A DNA stretch of 64,000 bases, taken from the NCBI RefSeq assembly GCF_006345805.1, contig NC_043003.1, forward strand, positions 53,258,001 to 53,322,000, in the 5' to 3' direction. The DNA comes from Octopus sinensis (lineage: Eukaryota). A model generated the notes under the pieces. That model worked only from the letters and a program-made list of their open reading frames with translations. It was not told where the DNA came from and ran no database searches. Each line of letters starts with the position of its first letter. Position 1 is the first letter of the stretch. Made by a program: the position numbers and the translations under genes. This document shows, one piece after another, positions 12,331-26,519 of the stretch.

Positions 12331-15300
12331 TTTTATATATGACATCACTGCTTGTATCTCTGCCGAGTCGGACGCTCTATAGCGTTCAGATAATTCTATA
12401 AAAAGTTCGATAATATTGAGAATGCGCTTACTAAAGAATTATTCGTTTCTTCCTGGAATATCTAGAATAATCAATTCTTTTATTGTGAAAAATATAAAGT
12501 GACTATGATATAACTTTAAAAGTTTGAAGAAATTACCCTCATATCTTTCTTTTAACCATTCTCATTTAAAATGTGTTTATCTTAACCGAAATTTTAAAAA
12601 GGAAAACATTTCTTTATGATTGTCATCAACATATAGCACAATATTACTAATGTAGCTCTAACTTCATCTAAGTTATAACCCACTTGCATCACACTGCAAA
12701 AATAGATCAAGCTACAGAGAATTTTCGTATTGGAGAAGCTTTGCAAAAGACACGCTTAAGAAATAAAATAGCAAACTAGTGAAGATGGAGAACTTCTTGC
12801 AATGCGAGAAGGAAAAAGTTCAATAACCTTTATATATTTCTTGCACTAAGGACTTTTCTAAGCTTTTCTTTGAATAATGGCATAATCCGTATATTTATTT
12901 CAGGAAAACGAAGTGGGAACTTGTAAGGTTTATCAGTTTACCAAGACATTATCTGGGATCATATATTTCTCATTCTTTACTGATGATGATCATGTAGGCC
13001 TGTAAAAATATTGATTAAATAAAATTATTTGCTTCCTATATTGGCTAAATTGCAGAAAAAAAACTTCGGGATATATTCAAATGTTTCAAATGTTACCAAA
13101 CCCTTTTAAGCATAAAATATTTTGGCACATTCCTTAAAAACAGGCACTCACCCAATTCAGTCCGCGATTAGTAGACGAAGCATAAACAAATAGAAGTTTT
13201 TCTCACAATCTACTTGCAGTACGGTAGTTGTATAACTTGAAGTGATGGGAATTCCGCCAAGAACTCTTCCGAAAATTGTCCAGTCATTAAAACCCTGTCA
13301 TTCAGTCGATCTCTGTCTACAGAGAATTGTTTCTTCAAATGCATTGTTGAAAAAGTAGGACATAAAACTAAGAAATATATTATTGGATATGCGAAGAAAA
13401 TGCATCGTTTCTTAGATTGTATTTTTCAACGCCAAATCTAGAAGGGAAAGACAAGAAATTTATCATGATTAATTAACACGGTTCCGCTTTAAATGATAAA
13501 ACAAACGCTTAGTTTAAAGTGTTCTACATTTAGAGGGAACGTCACTAACTGCCTACTTTGTAATAATCAACGACTTGAAACAATGTATTCAATTCGAAGT
13601 ATTAAACAACTGCAGAATAATCACTAATGAAAGTGTCAGGCAATAAATAATGTCGGTTAGATCGATCACTCGTCAAGGAATTAAAAACTTCTACGGCCAT
13701 GTCTGGCAGAAATGTTTAAAACACATAGTATTTCTTCTGAAGAATTTAGTTCACAAGTAGATTATTTCTAAATAACTGTTTCAAATCTCAAATGTTTCTT
13801 GTGTAGATTCATTTCATATTGAATAAAATAAAACATATCAATACAAATTTTGCTTTTAAGAAGTTTATCAAGAAAAATTTATTTGATAATGTAATAAAAT
13901 CGGCTCAGGCGATTTCATTTTTATGATAATACTAATTTAACAAAAGGCGGCGAGCTGGCAGAAACGTTAGCACGCCGGGCGAAATGCGTAGCCGTATTTC
14001 GTCTGCCGTTACGTTCTGAGTTAAAATTCCGCCGAGGTCGACTTTGCCTCTCATCCGTGCTAATGTTTCTACCAGTTTGCCGCCTTGTACTAGAATGTAA
14101 TATCCTTACTACTATAGGCACAAGGCCTGAAATTTAAGGGGAGGGGACTAGTTGGTTACATTGATCCCAGTGATTCACTGGTACTTAATTTATCGACCCC
14201 GAAAGGATGAAAGGCTAAGTCGACCTCGATGGAACTTTAACTCAGAATGTAGAGACGAGTGAAATACTGCTAAGCCTTTCGTCGAGTGTGTTAACGATTC
14301 TGCCAGCTCGCCACCTTGTACTAGAATGTAATATCAACAGCTTGCATAACCAATTACTTTTAAAATCTCAAATTTTCGGCATTTCAAACAATAAGAATCT
14401 AACATGTATTTTTCCCATGTTAAGTTTGTAGCATGTGATACATTCATAATTCTTTCATAAAAGAATAATTACAGTCAATGTTGTTCTTTTACATGACTTT
14501 TCTTATTAAGATTCTAAGAGTCTGTCGTAATACAAGCTTCCTTTGAACAGCCCCCAAGGAGCTTTTCTTGAGACGGTATTAGTTTTATTTAACCTGAAAG
14601 GACGATGAACAGAGTTAATCCTGGTAGAATTTAAACTTAAATACTGAGACATGGAAGTAGAATCCGGTAAAGTTTAAAGTATCATGCCGACTCTCTCAAT
14701 ATTTCTGTTGAAAACAAAAACGGTTTCATAAAGCCACCCCACATATTTTAATTGGAATAACGTTCTAGCAAGCTCTCGGTAAAATTAGTCCACTACCTGG
14801 TTTCAAATTCTTCGTTCTTATTCCATTTCCTTAGAACATTGATACACTTTAAAAAAATAAAATGATAAAACAATTAGTTTTACTAACCAAAATTTTTTTA
14901 GATACATAAAGTGAGACTGAAATATTACTGGACCCAATCGTATAGCATTTTGAGGATATTTATGATGTATCAAATATTATCTTGTCTACAAAAATTAACA
15001 AATTTACAAATCTTTCCACTATTGTATTAAACAAAATAACAAAGATTTTATTTAACTTGACAACAAGAATGGAAGTAAAAAGTTGCAGTTTATATTTTTC
15101 AAGTACATAAGCGCCACTCGTTAAACGAAATGGCTTCAACCGAGAGTTGAAACCATATCGCTACCTCGGCTTTTCAGAGCTTTATCTTTTATTATACGGC
15201 TCTCACTAATATATCTAACAATATTCTATCTATATTACGGTGGCTTCTAAACAGAATTGAACAGTTCCAGAGAAAAAATGTTAACGGTTTTAGTTTCTTC

Positions 15301-18234
15301 CGTCTGCGATTTGAATTCAACTCCTATTGTGATCGATAAAATATGCATCAGTTATACTTAGGAATTGACTCAAACTTTTCAACAAAATTTTAGCCAACAA
15401 AAGAGCTGCGTATGGTTACTGGATGTGATAGCAGTAGCAGTCATATCTTCTCAATTTACATCCTACAGTCTTAAAAAAAATTTACATTCGACAATGCAGT
15501 CCATGATGCGCAATGCCTGAAAAGAGATTATGGCCGGAATGCTTTTGGATATAGATCTGATCGAACAGAGTAGATCCTTGGGTTAAATAACAACAATTAA
15601 CCTTGCAGTGTATCAAGCGATGTTGCTTCTATGCGATCGGTTGTCTAATAACAATGAAATCTCCTCCAGATAACACCCTACCATTTAAAATAATACTAAT
15701 ATAGCCCTAGATACATAATGCCTGAAAAAGACGGGATGGTCACGATTAAAACTTTGACCATAGTCTTCTTCGTCAGAGATGACGGGAACTAAATGACAAA
15801 AGCGAAAACAAATACCCGATATCGAAGCAAGAAATCAATATCGTGTAGTCAATTTTTAAATCAATATCGTGTAATCAGTTTTTAAACGTAGACTATTCAC
15901 AAAGGGGAAAAACAAAAACATGAGCTAACAGTAAAAAATCTCAACTACAAATACATCGAGTCTTAGAACTTTATAGAAAGCTTCACCACTTTAATTGAGG
16001 CTGGTATTTTATCTAGAAAAGGTGTTTGCTAGTTGTCAGTACGGTCAACTACATGCACCGGCCTCTCTGTTGTAAATGCGAGTTCGCTGACCCGATCAGC
16101 TTCCTCATAATCACCTTCGTTCGCACAATGCTTTCTGTTTCCTCACCATTACATATTGCCGATCTGTAAAGATGACTGGTGTCTTTCTCTGGCAGCTATG
16201 ATGCTGAGTTAAGCGCATCATTAAACGGAAGATTTCAATTTCTTGTAGAGGATGTCAGTGTCATAACATTTTCTGCCTTTCTCAAAGTGAAGCCTTAAGT
16301 TTTGGTGAATATTATTCTCTAGAATGATCTTGCTTTTCTTGGCCTAAATTAAACAGCTATTTGATTGCCGTAAGGTTATAGAAGTGATGATTGACAGCAA
16401 ATGTCAAGGAAAGAGGTTGCTATATGAAGGATGAGAGAAGTTTGTAAGATAGAGAAAAAAGAAAGAAAAATAAGAAAGAAATCAAACAAGGAAGAAAAAG
16501 CGAAAGAAGCAAACAAATAAACAAAAAGAGATAAAGGGAGAAAAACAAATGGCGAAACAAACAGTGAAAAGAAAACTGAAGGGAAGAAAAGAGCGAAGAA
16601 AAATACATAAAAATAAAAAGAGAAAGAAAGGCATTTATAAATGGGTGAAGGTCAAATAAAGACATTGGAAGAATCGTGTGAGAAAAGAACGAATGAGCGA
16701 TATAGTAATAATGCAAGTGTGAGCTAGATGTTAGGAGAGAACGATTGTTAATAAAGTGTAAAGAGTGTAAGGGAATGAAGAGAAAAGAGGAAGGGGGAAA
16801 ACGAAAGAAAAGAATTCGTTTTTCAGGGGTGATCCATCATTTTTGCTTTATTTCGCTTGTTTTACGTTCGGATAAGTTTAATACCGTTTTGGTTGTCTCT
16901 ATGGAAACACGCCTGTTTGATGTTTCCAGCAGGTTTAATGTTAGAACGATTCCTTTTTGATGACTGCGTTGTTTTATAGCTGAATGAAAGACACTAACTG
17001 TCTTCTGCACAGCGGCTCATTGGTTTTCATTTCTTCTTACTAGTATTGTGCAAAATTAAAGGAATTATTAAAACTTTGCAGAACACTTTGCAATAAAATG
17101 AGGGCAATTATTTTGATAAAACGAAAACATTATTTTAATCTAAATGCCACAATGTACATGTGCCTATTTGTATCTACCTCTGTAGATGAACAATGAAGGG
17201 TCAATTTTAATTGTATATTATTTCTCCCCACGCGTTATCTCGATTCTAGTTCTTCATTGAAATATATTTACTTCACTTACGCCACTAAACCATAAATGTT
17301 TTACAATTGTGATTCCTTCCTTTATAAATCTGTGGCCTCGTAAAGAAACCTATTACGTTGCTTTTCATTAAGACATGAAATTCTTACATTGGCACAACAC
17401 CACAAATTTATGTAGTAAAAATATAAACGAATGAATCGGATCAATACTTAATTAATTAATATGTATTTTATTGCTACCAGTGAGATGCCAACTTCAATGG
17501 TATTTCATCTCGGGACAAAACTAAATGCTGAACTGAAGAGAGTTACCGTTTCTGCTGTTCCCCTAAATTTCTCTCTTTTAATAGATGGCATGTAAATTCT
17601 TTTATACGATACAAACAAGAAGGTGATATTTTTCTGAACGTGACATGGCCGTTAGAACAGCAGAAATAATGAGTAGATTACCCTTACAAGGCGGAAAAAA
17701 TTTTTTATAATTATGTTACATAAATTGTTAGGTTCTAAACTGCATTTAAATTCACGACTTAGTTTCAATTCTCTGTTAGAAGCAACTTCGCTTTATTTTT
17801 TCCTATACTCTTTTACTCTTTTACTTGTTTCAGTCCTTTGACTGCTGCCATGCTGGAGCACCGCCTTTTGTCGAGCAAATCGACTCCAGGATTTATTCTT
17901 CGGAAGCCTAGCACTTATTCTATCGGTCTCTTTTACCGAACCACTAAGTCACTATCGGTTGTCAAGCGATGTTGGGAGGGGGACAAACAAAGACACAAAC
18001 ATATACACACACATACATTATATATATATATATATTGATATACATATATACGACGGGCTTCTTTCAGTTTCCGTCTACCAAATCCACTCACAAAGCTTTG
18101 GTCTCCTCGATGCTATAGTAGGAGACACTTGCCCAAGGTGCCACGCAGTGGGAATGAACCCAGAACCACGTGGTTGGTAAGCAAATTCCTTACCACACAG
18201 CCACTCCTGCGCCTATTATAGAATAAACACCAAC

Positions 18235-18900
18235 ATTTTCTTGCTGAGTTTGGAGGAGGAAGCAGTGCTCATAATTACTGCGGGTCCTTCGAGGTCGGTG
18301 AGCCTGATCCCAATGATGTTCCATGTTAATTGTTGCAACACGGGTAACAAAGGTTGCAGAGATGCGATAACCGAAGTGGAGGAGGTGCTATACCAGCCAG
18401 CTCCATGGAACAGAGGCCATCATAGAAGAAATAAAAAAAAATATGACAGAGGGAGAAGGTGGCACACTTGTGGTCCAGAGGGGAGTTGCCATTCTCTGGA
18501 TGTGATCCTGGATGTCTGGATGCATAACAGCAGCACCGTCACAGATGTAGAAGTAATATTCCATCGATGATCTCAATCAAGCTTTGTAGAGTGTTAAAAT
18601 TGTTGGAGGCTGAAATAGTTTTCTGGTCCTGGATAGAAGATCCACTGTTTGAGATGTAGTCCTGACTATGCTAAGGATTTATTTTTACAAAGAGAGTTCC
18701 TCGGTGACATTGAGACCCAGCATTAGGAACAACTGTAAGGGCTCAAGTTGATTGCCACTCATTTTAGGCAATGTGGAGATGATGTTTTCTTGATATGAGT
18801 TGTGCATGAGATTTTTGCTCTTAAACAAGATTGGCATGGTCCCCCTAAAGGACACTCTTAAGGTGGTCGATCATGGAAAAAGTGCAGGTTTGGCGTGTAG
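18235..18900 (-). mobile_element. LINE (CR1/Jockey-like) RT C-terminal relic
   Basis: LYKA*LRSSMEYYFYICDGA...IQDHIQRMAT resembles the LYKAxVRPxMEY...IQRRA motif. Confidence 0.55.
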
Positions 18901-19938
18901 TGTCAAGAACTTCTCGTGCAGTGTCGTGTAGTGCCAAAAACTACAGAACTTGACTATTACTTTATTACATCAACTCACGCAAGAGTGAAAAGCAAAGATG
19001 GCCTCAGTGGTATTTGAACTCAGAGTGTAAAGAGCTAGAACAAATACCATTACGCATTTTTCCGATGTTTTCACGAATTTGCCATTCAGATTAATGTGAA
19101 CAATACCGTACACAATAGTCCCTTTTTGTTGCGTTGCAATATATGGGAAAAGCTATTGAAAATTATTTCTATTTTCACGATCTCAGAGGAAAATTTAACT
19201 ACTTCCGGTTGAGTCACTCATGCTATTTCCCCATTGAGTCTTCTGCAAACATGAAGCCTGTCCCTACAGATATAGCATAAGGTTCTATATAAAAGGTGCT
19301 TCCTCTCTCGTATGTTTAGACACATTCCTCTATATTACTATAGATTCACAGAAATGTTTGTTTTCATTTGAGAAGAGACCAACAAATTCTCCTTATCGCA
19401 AGGTATTTTTAAGTTTGTGCACGTAATGAATTTAAAGAAACTATAAAATCAAAATGAAACAAACAAGCAATCTCGTTGTTGCCATAACACTATTTTTATT
19501 CCTCCATTTTTTCCTCTTTCTGTATATTTCTTTTTTTATTTTCTCAAGAAATTTTACGCTAAGCGTTTCCGTTTTGTTTTGCTCATTTTTTTTATCACAA
19601 GGACATAAATGTGGATAGGAAATTAAAGGAACTGAAAATGTCTAAAACAAAACAGAGAAATACAATTGGATATACTTAAAAGGCTAATGCAATTCTAATG
19701 TAATTATTTTCTACTTCTAACATATTTTCTCTACCTGAAAGAAACCTTATTTTCAGTCAGTTCATTGTTGTAAACGATTAAACTGTTTATAATTAAACTC
19801 CTTATGAAAGCATTTTCAAGTTGCATGCTAGATATTTGTGTCTTACGTAACAAAATAGTGTGTGGGTGAATTTTGCCATTTATCAAATAATGTCTTGTAC
19901 AATTAACTAACGTTTCTTCTATCAATTTGATTTTATAG

Positions 19939-20435
19939 GAGCCCAGTTTTCAGTTGAAGATGAAAATAAAAGAACGAGAACAGCATATACAAGAGGTCAG
20001 TTGCTTGAACTGGAAAAAGAATTCCACTTCAACAAATATATTTCCAGACCACGTCGGATCGAACTAGCAGCGATGTTGAACTTAACTGAAAGACACATCA
20101 AAATTTGGTTCCAGAATCGTCGTATGAAGTGGAAAAAAGACGAAGCAAAGCGCCGACCGCGACCTTTGGCAATGTCACCTAGCAGTAACGTGTCACAGAC
20201 TAATAGTGCAAGTAATGGCTCACCTCCAACGGGTAACAATTCAAGTACATTAAACAGCTGCGGTAGAAACAGCACATCGATATCCAACCGCAGCAGTAAT
20301 AACTGTGATGGTAGTCTCTCACCCACTTTAGACAGTCCTCGCAGAATCAAAGGCATGACTGGTTGCAGAGACTCCTCAGATGAGAATGGTATACCGTCAC
20401 CGCAAAGACATTCTGATGGTTACGACAGTACTTAA
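19939..20435 (+). CDS. Xlox: Xlox/Pdx ParaHox homeobox gene, homeodomain-containing terminal exon
   Basis: Acceptor ttttatag at 19931-19938, then phase-1 (G)GA and [66 protein letters not shown], a Ser/Asn-rich tail and TAA at 20433-20435. [18 protein letters not shown] and His44 (TERHIKIWF) are diagnostic of Pdx/Xlox. The exon carrying the FPWMK hexapeptide was not found upstream in the window. Confidence 0.96.
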
Positions 20436-20595
20436 TCACCTGAACACCTTCACAGATCTAAAAGAAAACTTCACATTAATATAACCTAAATTTTTATACC
20501 CTGTGCTTTTGCTTATCTGTATACTTTATGTATGTTCTGAGTAAAGCCAGGAAGCAATTTTAAAACTGGCAGTTTGTGAATTATACATAGATGCA

Positions 20596-20616
20596 AATAA
20601 AGGTATGATGAATAAA
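20596..20616 (+). promoter_or_regulatory. Candidate polyadenylation signals of Xlox
   Basis: AATAAA at 20596-20601 and 20611-20616, about 160-180 nt after the stop. The AT-rich background makes this weak. Confidence 0.35.
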
Positions 20617-21005
20617 TATTAGACAATATTAAATTATAAAAGCTATTGCTGTTTTAAAACATTATCGATCAGTCATTTGCTTATGCCCTAATGTTTCGAC
20701 ATTTATTCGATCAAGTTTTCATAATATATTTGTTATGAGGGTGGCAAAATACTAAGAAATCAACACAGCTAGAAACACATATCAACAAAATAATTTTTGT
20801 CTTTATCCTCGTCAACACATGTGACAGGGCATGCGGGTGTATTTTATGAATTTACTTTATTATCAAACATTAAAAAAAGTTTCAAATTATGTAAAACAAT
20901 AAAGAATCTAATAGATATAATGAATTCAATATGTCTAGTTTGGTAGCATTTCTACAAAACCTGATTCATGATGCTCGGAATAATCATATATGAGTCAGAT
21001 TTAAA

Positions 21006-21042
<37 letters not shown>

Positions 21043-21225
21043 GGTTGTAAAGATGTAATTTACTGAATGCAAAAATTATTTTATATATTGGGTACTGGAT
21101 AGACATATATATCACATCGGAAATTTACAGTCTACTCTAAATTTGGTTCTTACCTGGAATGACCCCGTAAGTCGTGTGCAGGCCGGCTTGAGGCAACATT
21201 TAGTGGACACACAGATGGCGATCAT

Positions 21226-21260
<35 letters not shown>

Positions 21261-21789
21261 CATGCATACATATATACATACATGCGTACGTACTTACATA
21301 CATATACATACATGTATGCATATATGTGTGTGTTTCTATATTTCTGTACACTTATACACACACAGGCACACACACACACACACATATATACATATATGTA
21401 TATACATTTATTATATATATGTATGTATATATGGTATGTGCGTACCTGTGTGTGCGTCGACTGATAAACATATGAGCCTACAGTTTGATTCATAAATTAT
21501 TGATGCGTTACTGGTGAGGTGTTTTTCTTTTTTTACAATGATGTAGCATACTACAGGATACATCAATAAATTTTAGTCAATAGTGTTTACATTGTGAGAT
21601 GAAAACACCTTATCGTTATATGCAATATCTTGATACAAACAAAAAGATGGGTCAGATGGACTTCTTTCAAACATCTGCAGAAATATATAAAGAAAAAAAA
21701 ACAACTACAACACAAAGAAAATATACTTAGAATGTACATCTATGGAAATCTGTCAAAATAACTGATTTTGTACTTGGCTTGCAAGACTT

Positions 21790-21903
21790 ATGATGTGAAA
21801 TCGTATGGTGAAACAGATTTTGTTGTGTCTCGGAAGGGTCATAATGCTAATCATAAACACACGCACTGGCTCTAGATCACTTATTATTATTAATGTTATT
21901 ATT

Positions 21904-21943
<40 letters not shown>

Positions 21944-22260
21944 TTTAGTTAACTAGTTAAGCGTTTAGCTAATTAACTAATTGATCGTTTGAGGAAGTCT
22001 GAACTAGAGAGAGGAGGTCATTGACGAGATCGCATTTGGCGATGAAAGGACTTTTAAAACCTAACTGGCTGATTGATTGAGCGACTAAACAAACGATTAA
22101 TTAAGCAATCAATTAATTAATTGGTAAGTTGTTAACTAAATGACTATTAATACGAAGACTAATGATAATAATAAAAACAATAAAATAGAGCCAGTGCGTG
22201 TATTTGCATAACGACCTTCGTGAGATAAAACAAAATGCCAATTTACCGCTTTTCATGTTA
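21790..22260. mobile_element. Long-TIR non-autonomous element (MITE/foldback-like) with internal (TTAG)n
   Basis: attttgttgtgtctcggaagggtc...acacgcactggctcta is inverted as tagagccagtgcgtgt...gaccttcgtgagataaaacaaaat. Confidence 0.65.
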
Positions 22261-23639
22261 ACGCAACTTTTCTAGCTAACACCTTTTTGAAAAGAAAATT
22301 GGCTCTGCATATCAAAAAAGAAAACATATCAGCGTTACCTCCTTCAAAATCTTGAATGTTGAAGAAGGGCTTTGTTGGTGTCGTGGAAAAAAATAGAAAT
22401 TGTATGATTTAAAGGTGTGAAAGAAGGATCGTTCCAGAGTCGGCTAAAATTGAACATGTTAATCCGTAAGTGTGTACGGAAGCACAATCCCACAGAAAAT
22501 ACAAATATGTGACTCAACTTTTCTATAGTTACTTTCACATTTGCAACATCAAGTTGGATTAGTATTCACACGCAATTTTTATCCACGTTTTTGCAAAATC
22601 TACATTAATAATTCGACGAATTCCAAAAAAATTTAGCATCAGAGCTTTCTCCCAAGTAACTTCCCCTCTTTTGATTCGTATACTGAGCCGGTCACATAAA
22701 TATACAACGAAGTTTCATCAATGAGTCCAATGTTTTTGCTAATATGACTTGTCTTTTGAAGCCAAAATTGAAAGATTGTGTTTGCAGATTTCCTCTCGTC
22801 GTCTTTCCATCATTTCAGATAACAGTAGTCTTGCTACAAAATCGTGAAGAGCACAGTTCCATAATTCCACAACCCTTTAGAATATACTCGTAGTTTCTTG
22901 GCTGCTGTTGTGAAGCAAATAATTTCCCTTCATGTTACATTTAGAGCTGATGACTTCAGCTATCTTCGATGGTAATTCAATACCAATTTCACCAGGTCCT
23001 CCAAACCTATCACCATCTACCACGGTTGTTCTACCATTTCTATATACACTGTAGCAAATATTTATTATTACCTTGGAAGGATAGCCACTCTTTGCTCTTT
23101 CTCAGAAAAACCTCATTACTTTTCGATATTCTATGCTGATAAATGACTTTTTTGAGACTCGGTAAAATATAAAACATAAAACCAAATGATTCAGTAAAAA
23201 CATTTTAAGCATATATTTTTTAATTTTTAACAACTAATTTACGTATTTGTAAAGCTTTGGGGGGAAATGTTTATTTCTGTGTAAATATCAAGGCACATTA
23301 GTCGTGTTTTTAATACACGATGTCCATAAAGCGATCTCTCCCGAGACGACCACTGCAGCCTCTTACATTTCAACGATATACATACGTTGACTATGTTATG
23401 TAGATAAAATATATACGTGTGTGTATGTGTGTGTGTGCATATGTTAAAAGATATTCACAAATAACAAGAGTAGTGTTAAAACATATCAAAACACTATTAA
23501 AACAAAGACAAAAATAGAAATTTTATATACACACATAGACATGATAGAAGTAAATAGGCACACTTATAATCGTTAAAATTCATCTAAATCTGAAATTATA
23601 CATTCAAATAATTTATTAGTTATTATAATGTGAATATCT

Positions 23640-24759
23640 AATATTTAGTAGGCATGCCGTTTGCATTTTCTAATGCAAGAACCCTCTTAGGTATGCTACT
23701 GATCAGATGACGAATATTTTCCTGAGGAGTTTCTTACCAAGTTTCATGCAGTAATCTCAAGATCTGGCTTTGGGGACGCTGTCTTGTTCTTTTTACGAAG
23801 TGTTCTGTCCATTATGGCCCAGAAGTATTCAATAGGGTTCATATCTGGTGACTGGCTTGGCCTAGAAGCTTTTTAGTGCCTTTCTCTTCCAATCAATCTT
23901 AGATCTTTTTAAGCATGTGACAAGAATCCCCATCTTCCATACATAAAAAGTTTTCTTTAATCATTTCACCACCGGAGAAGACTGAATGGAGTCCTTTCTG
24001 CAATATGAACACATTTATTTGAGTTTATGTTTCTTTCACACTTCACCAGCTCTGATAGAACATTTATCTAAATTGTCCCCCAGACCAACACAGTATAGCC
24101 GGCGTGTTTCATTGTTGGATTCAATCATTTCATGTCAAATTCTTGATCCCTGAGTCTCCAGACCCACACTCGATCACCGTAAGAAAATACAGCAAATCTG
24201 GACTCATCAGAGAAGATGTAAGTGCCCTAAAATGCTAGTGGCCTCACCACCATCTCACTGGCTCGATCTTTTCTCCGCTTGATACTGACTGGTCGAAGAA
24301 GTGGCTTCCTTCTTGCTGCTCTGCCATAGTAGCCAAGTTTGTGGAGATACCTGACAGATGTTCTGGGACTGACAACAACTTTTTCTGCTGTCAGAGGACT
24401 TGCAATGAAAATTATCCTCCACACTTCTTTTGACAAAGAGAAGAGTCATGTCAGAGGGCCCTTGTCGACCTGGACGAAGTGATGGGACTCCTTCCACTCT
24501 CATTTTATTAACCGTAGAAAGCAGGATTCCAAGGTTTTCTGCGAATTTACGCTAAGTCCAACTTCAGGTTGACCTACAATACAGCCTCTTTGAAATTCGG
24601 ACAGTTCCAATACTTCTTTTGTACGTGGCATGATTAAACAATCACATATAGAACCTGAAACATAAAAATGTCAACTAATAAAAAATATAAACCTCTTCAA
24701 GTTAAGGTAAATACAAAACGATGTTTTAAAAGATGTCTGTTTATATTGTCATATCTGTG
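23640..24759 (-). mobile_element. Degenerate Tc1 transposon, apparently interrupted by the mariner
   Basis: Minus-strand motifs GRAARRKPLL, IFSDESRF and PSQSPDMNPIEYFW; a probable remaining end lies at 26034-26085. Confidence 0.8.
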
Positions 24760-24761
24760 TA

Positions 24762-26031
24762 TCAGGCCATCCCATAAGTTCTGTCCGAATTTTGAATAAA
24801 AGAAACAAGTGATCAAATGTTATATTTAATTGAAATTTAATCCTGAATTTACTTTCCCTGGTTATCTATGACTTCCTTCCATCTATTTACAAGCTTTTAA
24901 ATCCCATCAATGTAAAACTCTTTTGGTTTCAAAGCGAAGAACTCTGAAATATCAGTTTCGACCTCCTCCTGGCTTGCGAACGTTATGTCCTCCAAATGAT
25001 TCTGTAAACTACGAAACATATCGTAGTCTGAAGGAGCAAGGTCAGGAGAATAAGGTGAATGAGAATTTTTTTTCCCAACCAAGCTCTTCGATCTTCTGTG
25101 AAGTAATCTTTGCAGTGTGGGGTCGCGCATTGTCCTGATGAAACATCACTCCTTTTTCGATCCACTGAAGCGGGTCTTTTTTCTTCAAAGCTTGGTTCAA
25201 ACACTCTAATTGCTGACAGTAGACTTGAGCATTGATTTTTGCATTAGGTGATAACAATTCAAAGTAAATTACTCCTTTGCAATCCCACAAGATAGAGAGA
25301 AAAACCTTTTTACCACGAAGTTCCTTTCTCGGTTGTGGTTGAGCTTTTTCCCTTTTACCAAGCCACTGTTTACGACGTTTAACATTTCGATAGAAGATAC
25401 ATTTTTCGTCACCAGTCACAAGTCTATTCAAAAAGGGTGAAATGAGTTCGCGAGAATGGAGAGAAGAGCAGATGTCAACTCGGGATTTGCGGTTGCTTTC
25501 GGACAATTCATGAGGCACCCATTTCCAAGTTGTTGGAGATGACGATGAACAGTTGTATGGTTTGAACTAAACATTATTGCCAATTCTTCAACTGATAATG
25601 CAGGATTTTCTTCAAATAATGCCTCAAGGAGCTTATAACCAAACTCAACTGGACGTCGTGTTCGATCTTCATCTTCAGGGCTGAAATCTCCACTTCTGAA
25701 TTTTGCAAACCATCTTCTGCAAGTTCTTTCATTCAAGCATTCTTTCCCACAAATTGAGTGTATATTTCGAGTCGCTTCTGCTGCAGAGTTTCCTTTTTCG
25801 TACTCATAAAGCATTATGTGCCTCAAATGCTCTTTGTATACTTCCATATTAGAAAGGGTTTTAATCAAAGAAATTTTAATTCTATTATTCTGTAAAATAA
25901 TATTTAATTATTTTGAATGTAGACTAATGCATAAAAATAATTTTTAATTCCATTAGACATTCTAAAATACTATTAAAATTCATTCAATTTTAAAAAAGGT
26001 AAAACCGGACAGAACTTATGGGATGACCTGA
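24762..26031 (-). mobile_element. Full-length mariner transposon, frameshifted transposase
   Basis: TIRs tcagg(c/t)catcccataagttctgtccg, TA target duplication, about 1270 bp. ORF pieces from 25847 carry an HTH region, TGDEK, HQDNARPH and YSPDLAPSDY (DD34D type) in different frames. Confidence 0.95.
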
Positions 26032-26472
26032 TATATTTAAATTCCAAGGGATCTCCAGTATCTGTATTACTTTTTGACACAGTTTTATTTGCTGAAAATG
26101 GAGGAAGGTATAGTTCCCATGACCTCTTAAAGGCTCTCCGATATTCAATTTAACTGTTGCTATTCAATGTCTGCAATAAAAAAAATTAATAAGGAGAGAG
26201 ACTTCCAGAGAAGCAGCCTTCTAGGTAGGAAAACCCGTGTACTCTGGTTACTGTGTGGCCTGAGGTAAGACAAAAAAATGGGTGATAAAGAAAGGAGAAA
26301 TGAGCAAGTAGGAAGTGTCTGAATAAAGGCACTACGAGTTGAACAACCTGTGAGAAGCAGAAACTATTACACTCGCGGTAGAAAAACCGGAGAAAGCCAG
26401 AAACTAGAACGTGTCTGTGAATGAGGTATACCAATCCATCAAGTGTCCTTACACTGTATTAAAGATATACAG

Positions 26473-26516
<44 letters not shown>

Positions 26517-26519
26517 TAG

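Noticed and set aside
12400-13750. Coding-like decayed sequence (also 10300-11000, 4150-4630, 45200-45730)
   Set aside because: Probably old transposon relics, but no motif was clear enough to assign.
19997-20356. 119-aa minus-strand ORF
   Set aside because: Antisense shadow of the Xlox exon.
22560-23150. GGPGEI motif suggestive of a Merlin/IS1595 transposase relic
   Set aside because: The following DE catalytic motifs could not be recovered.
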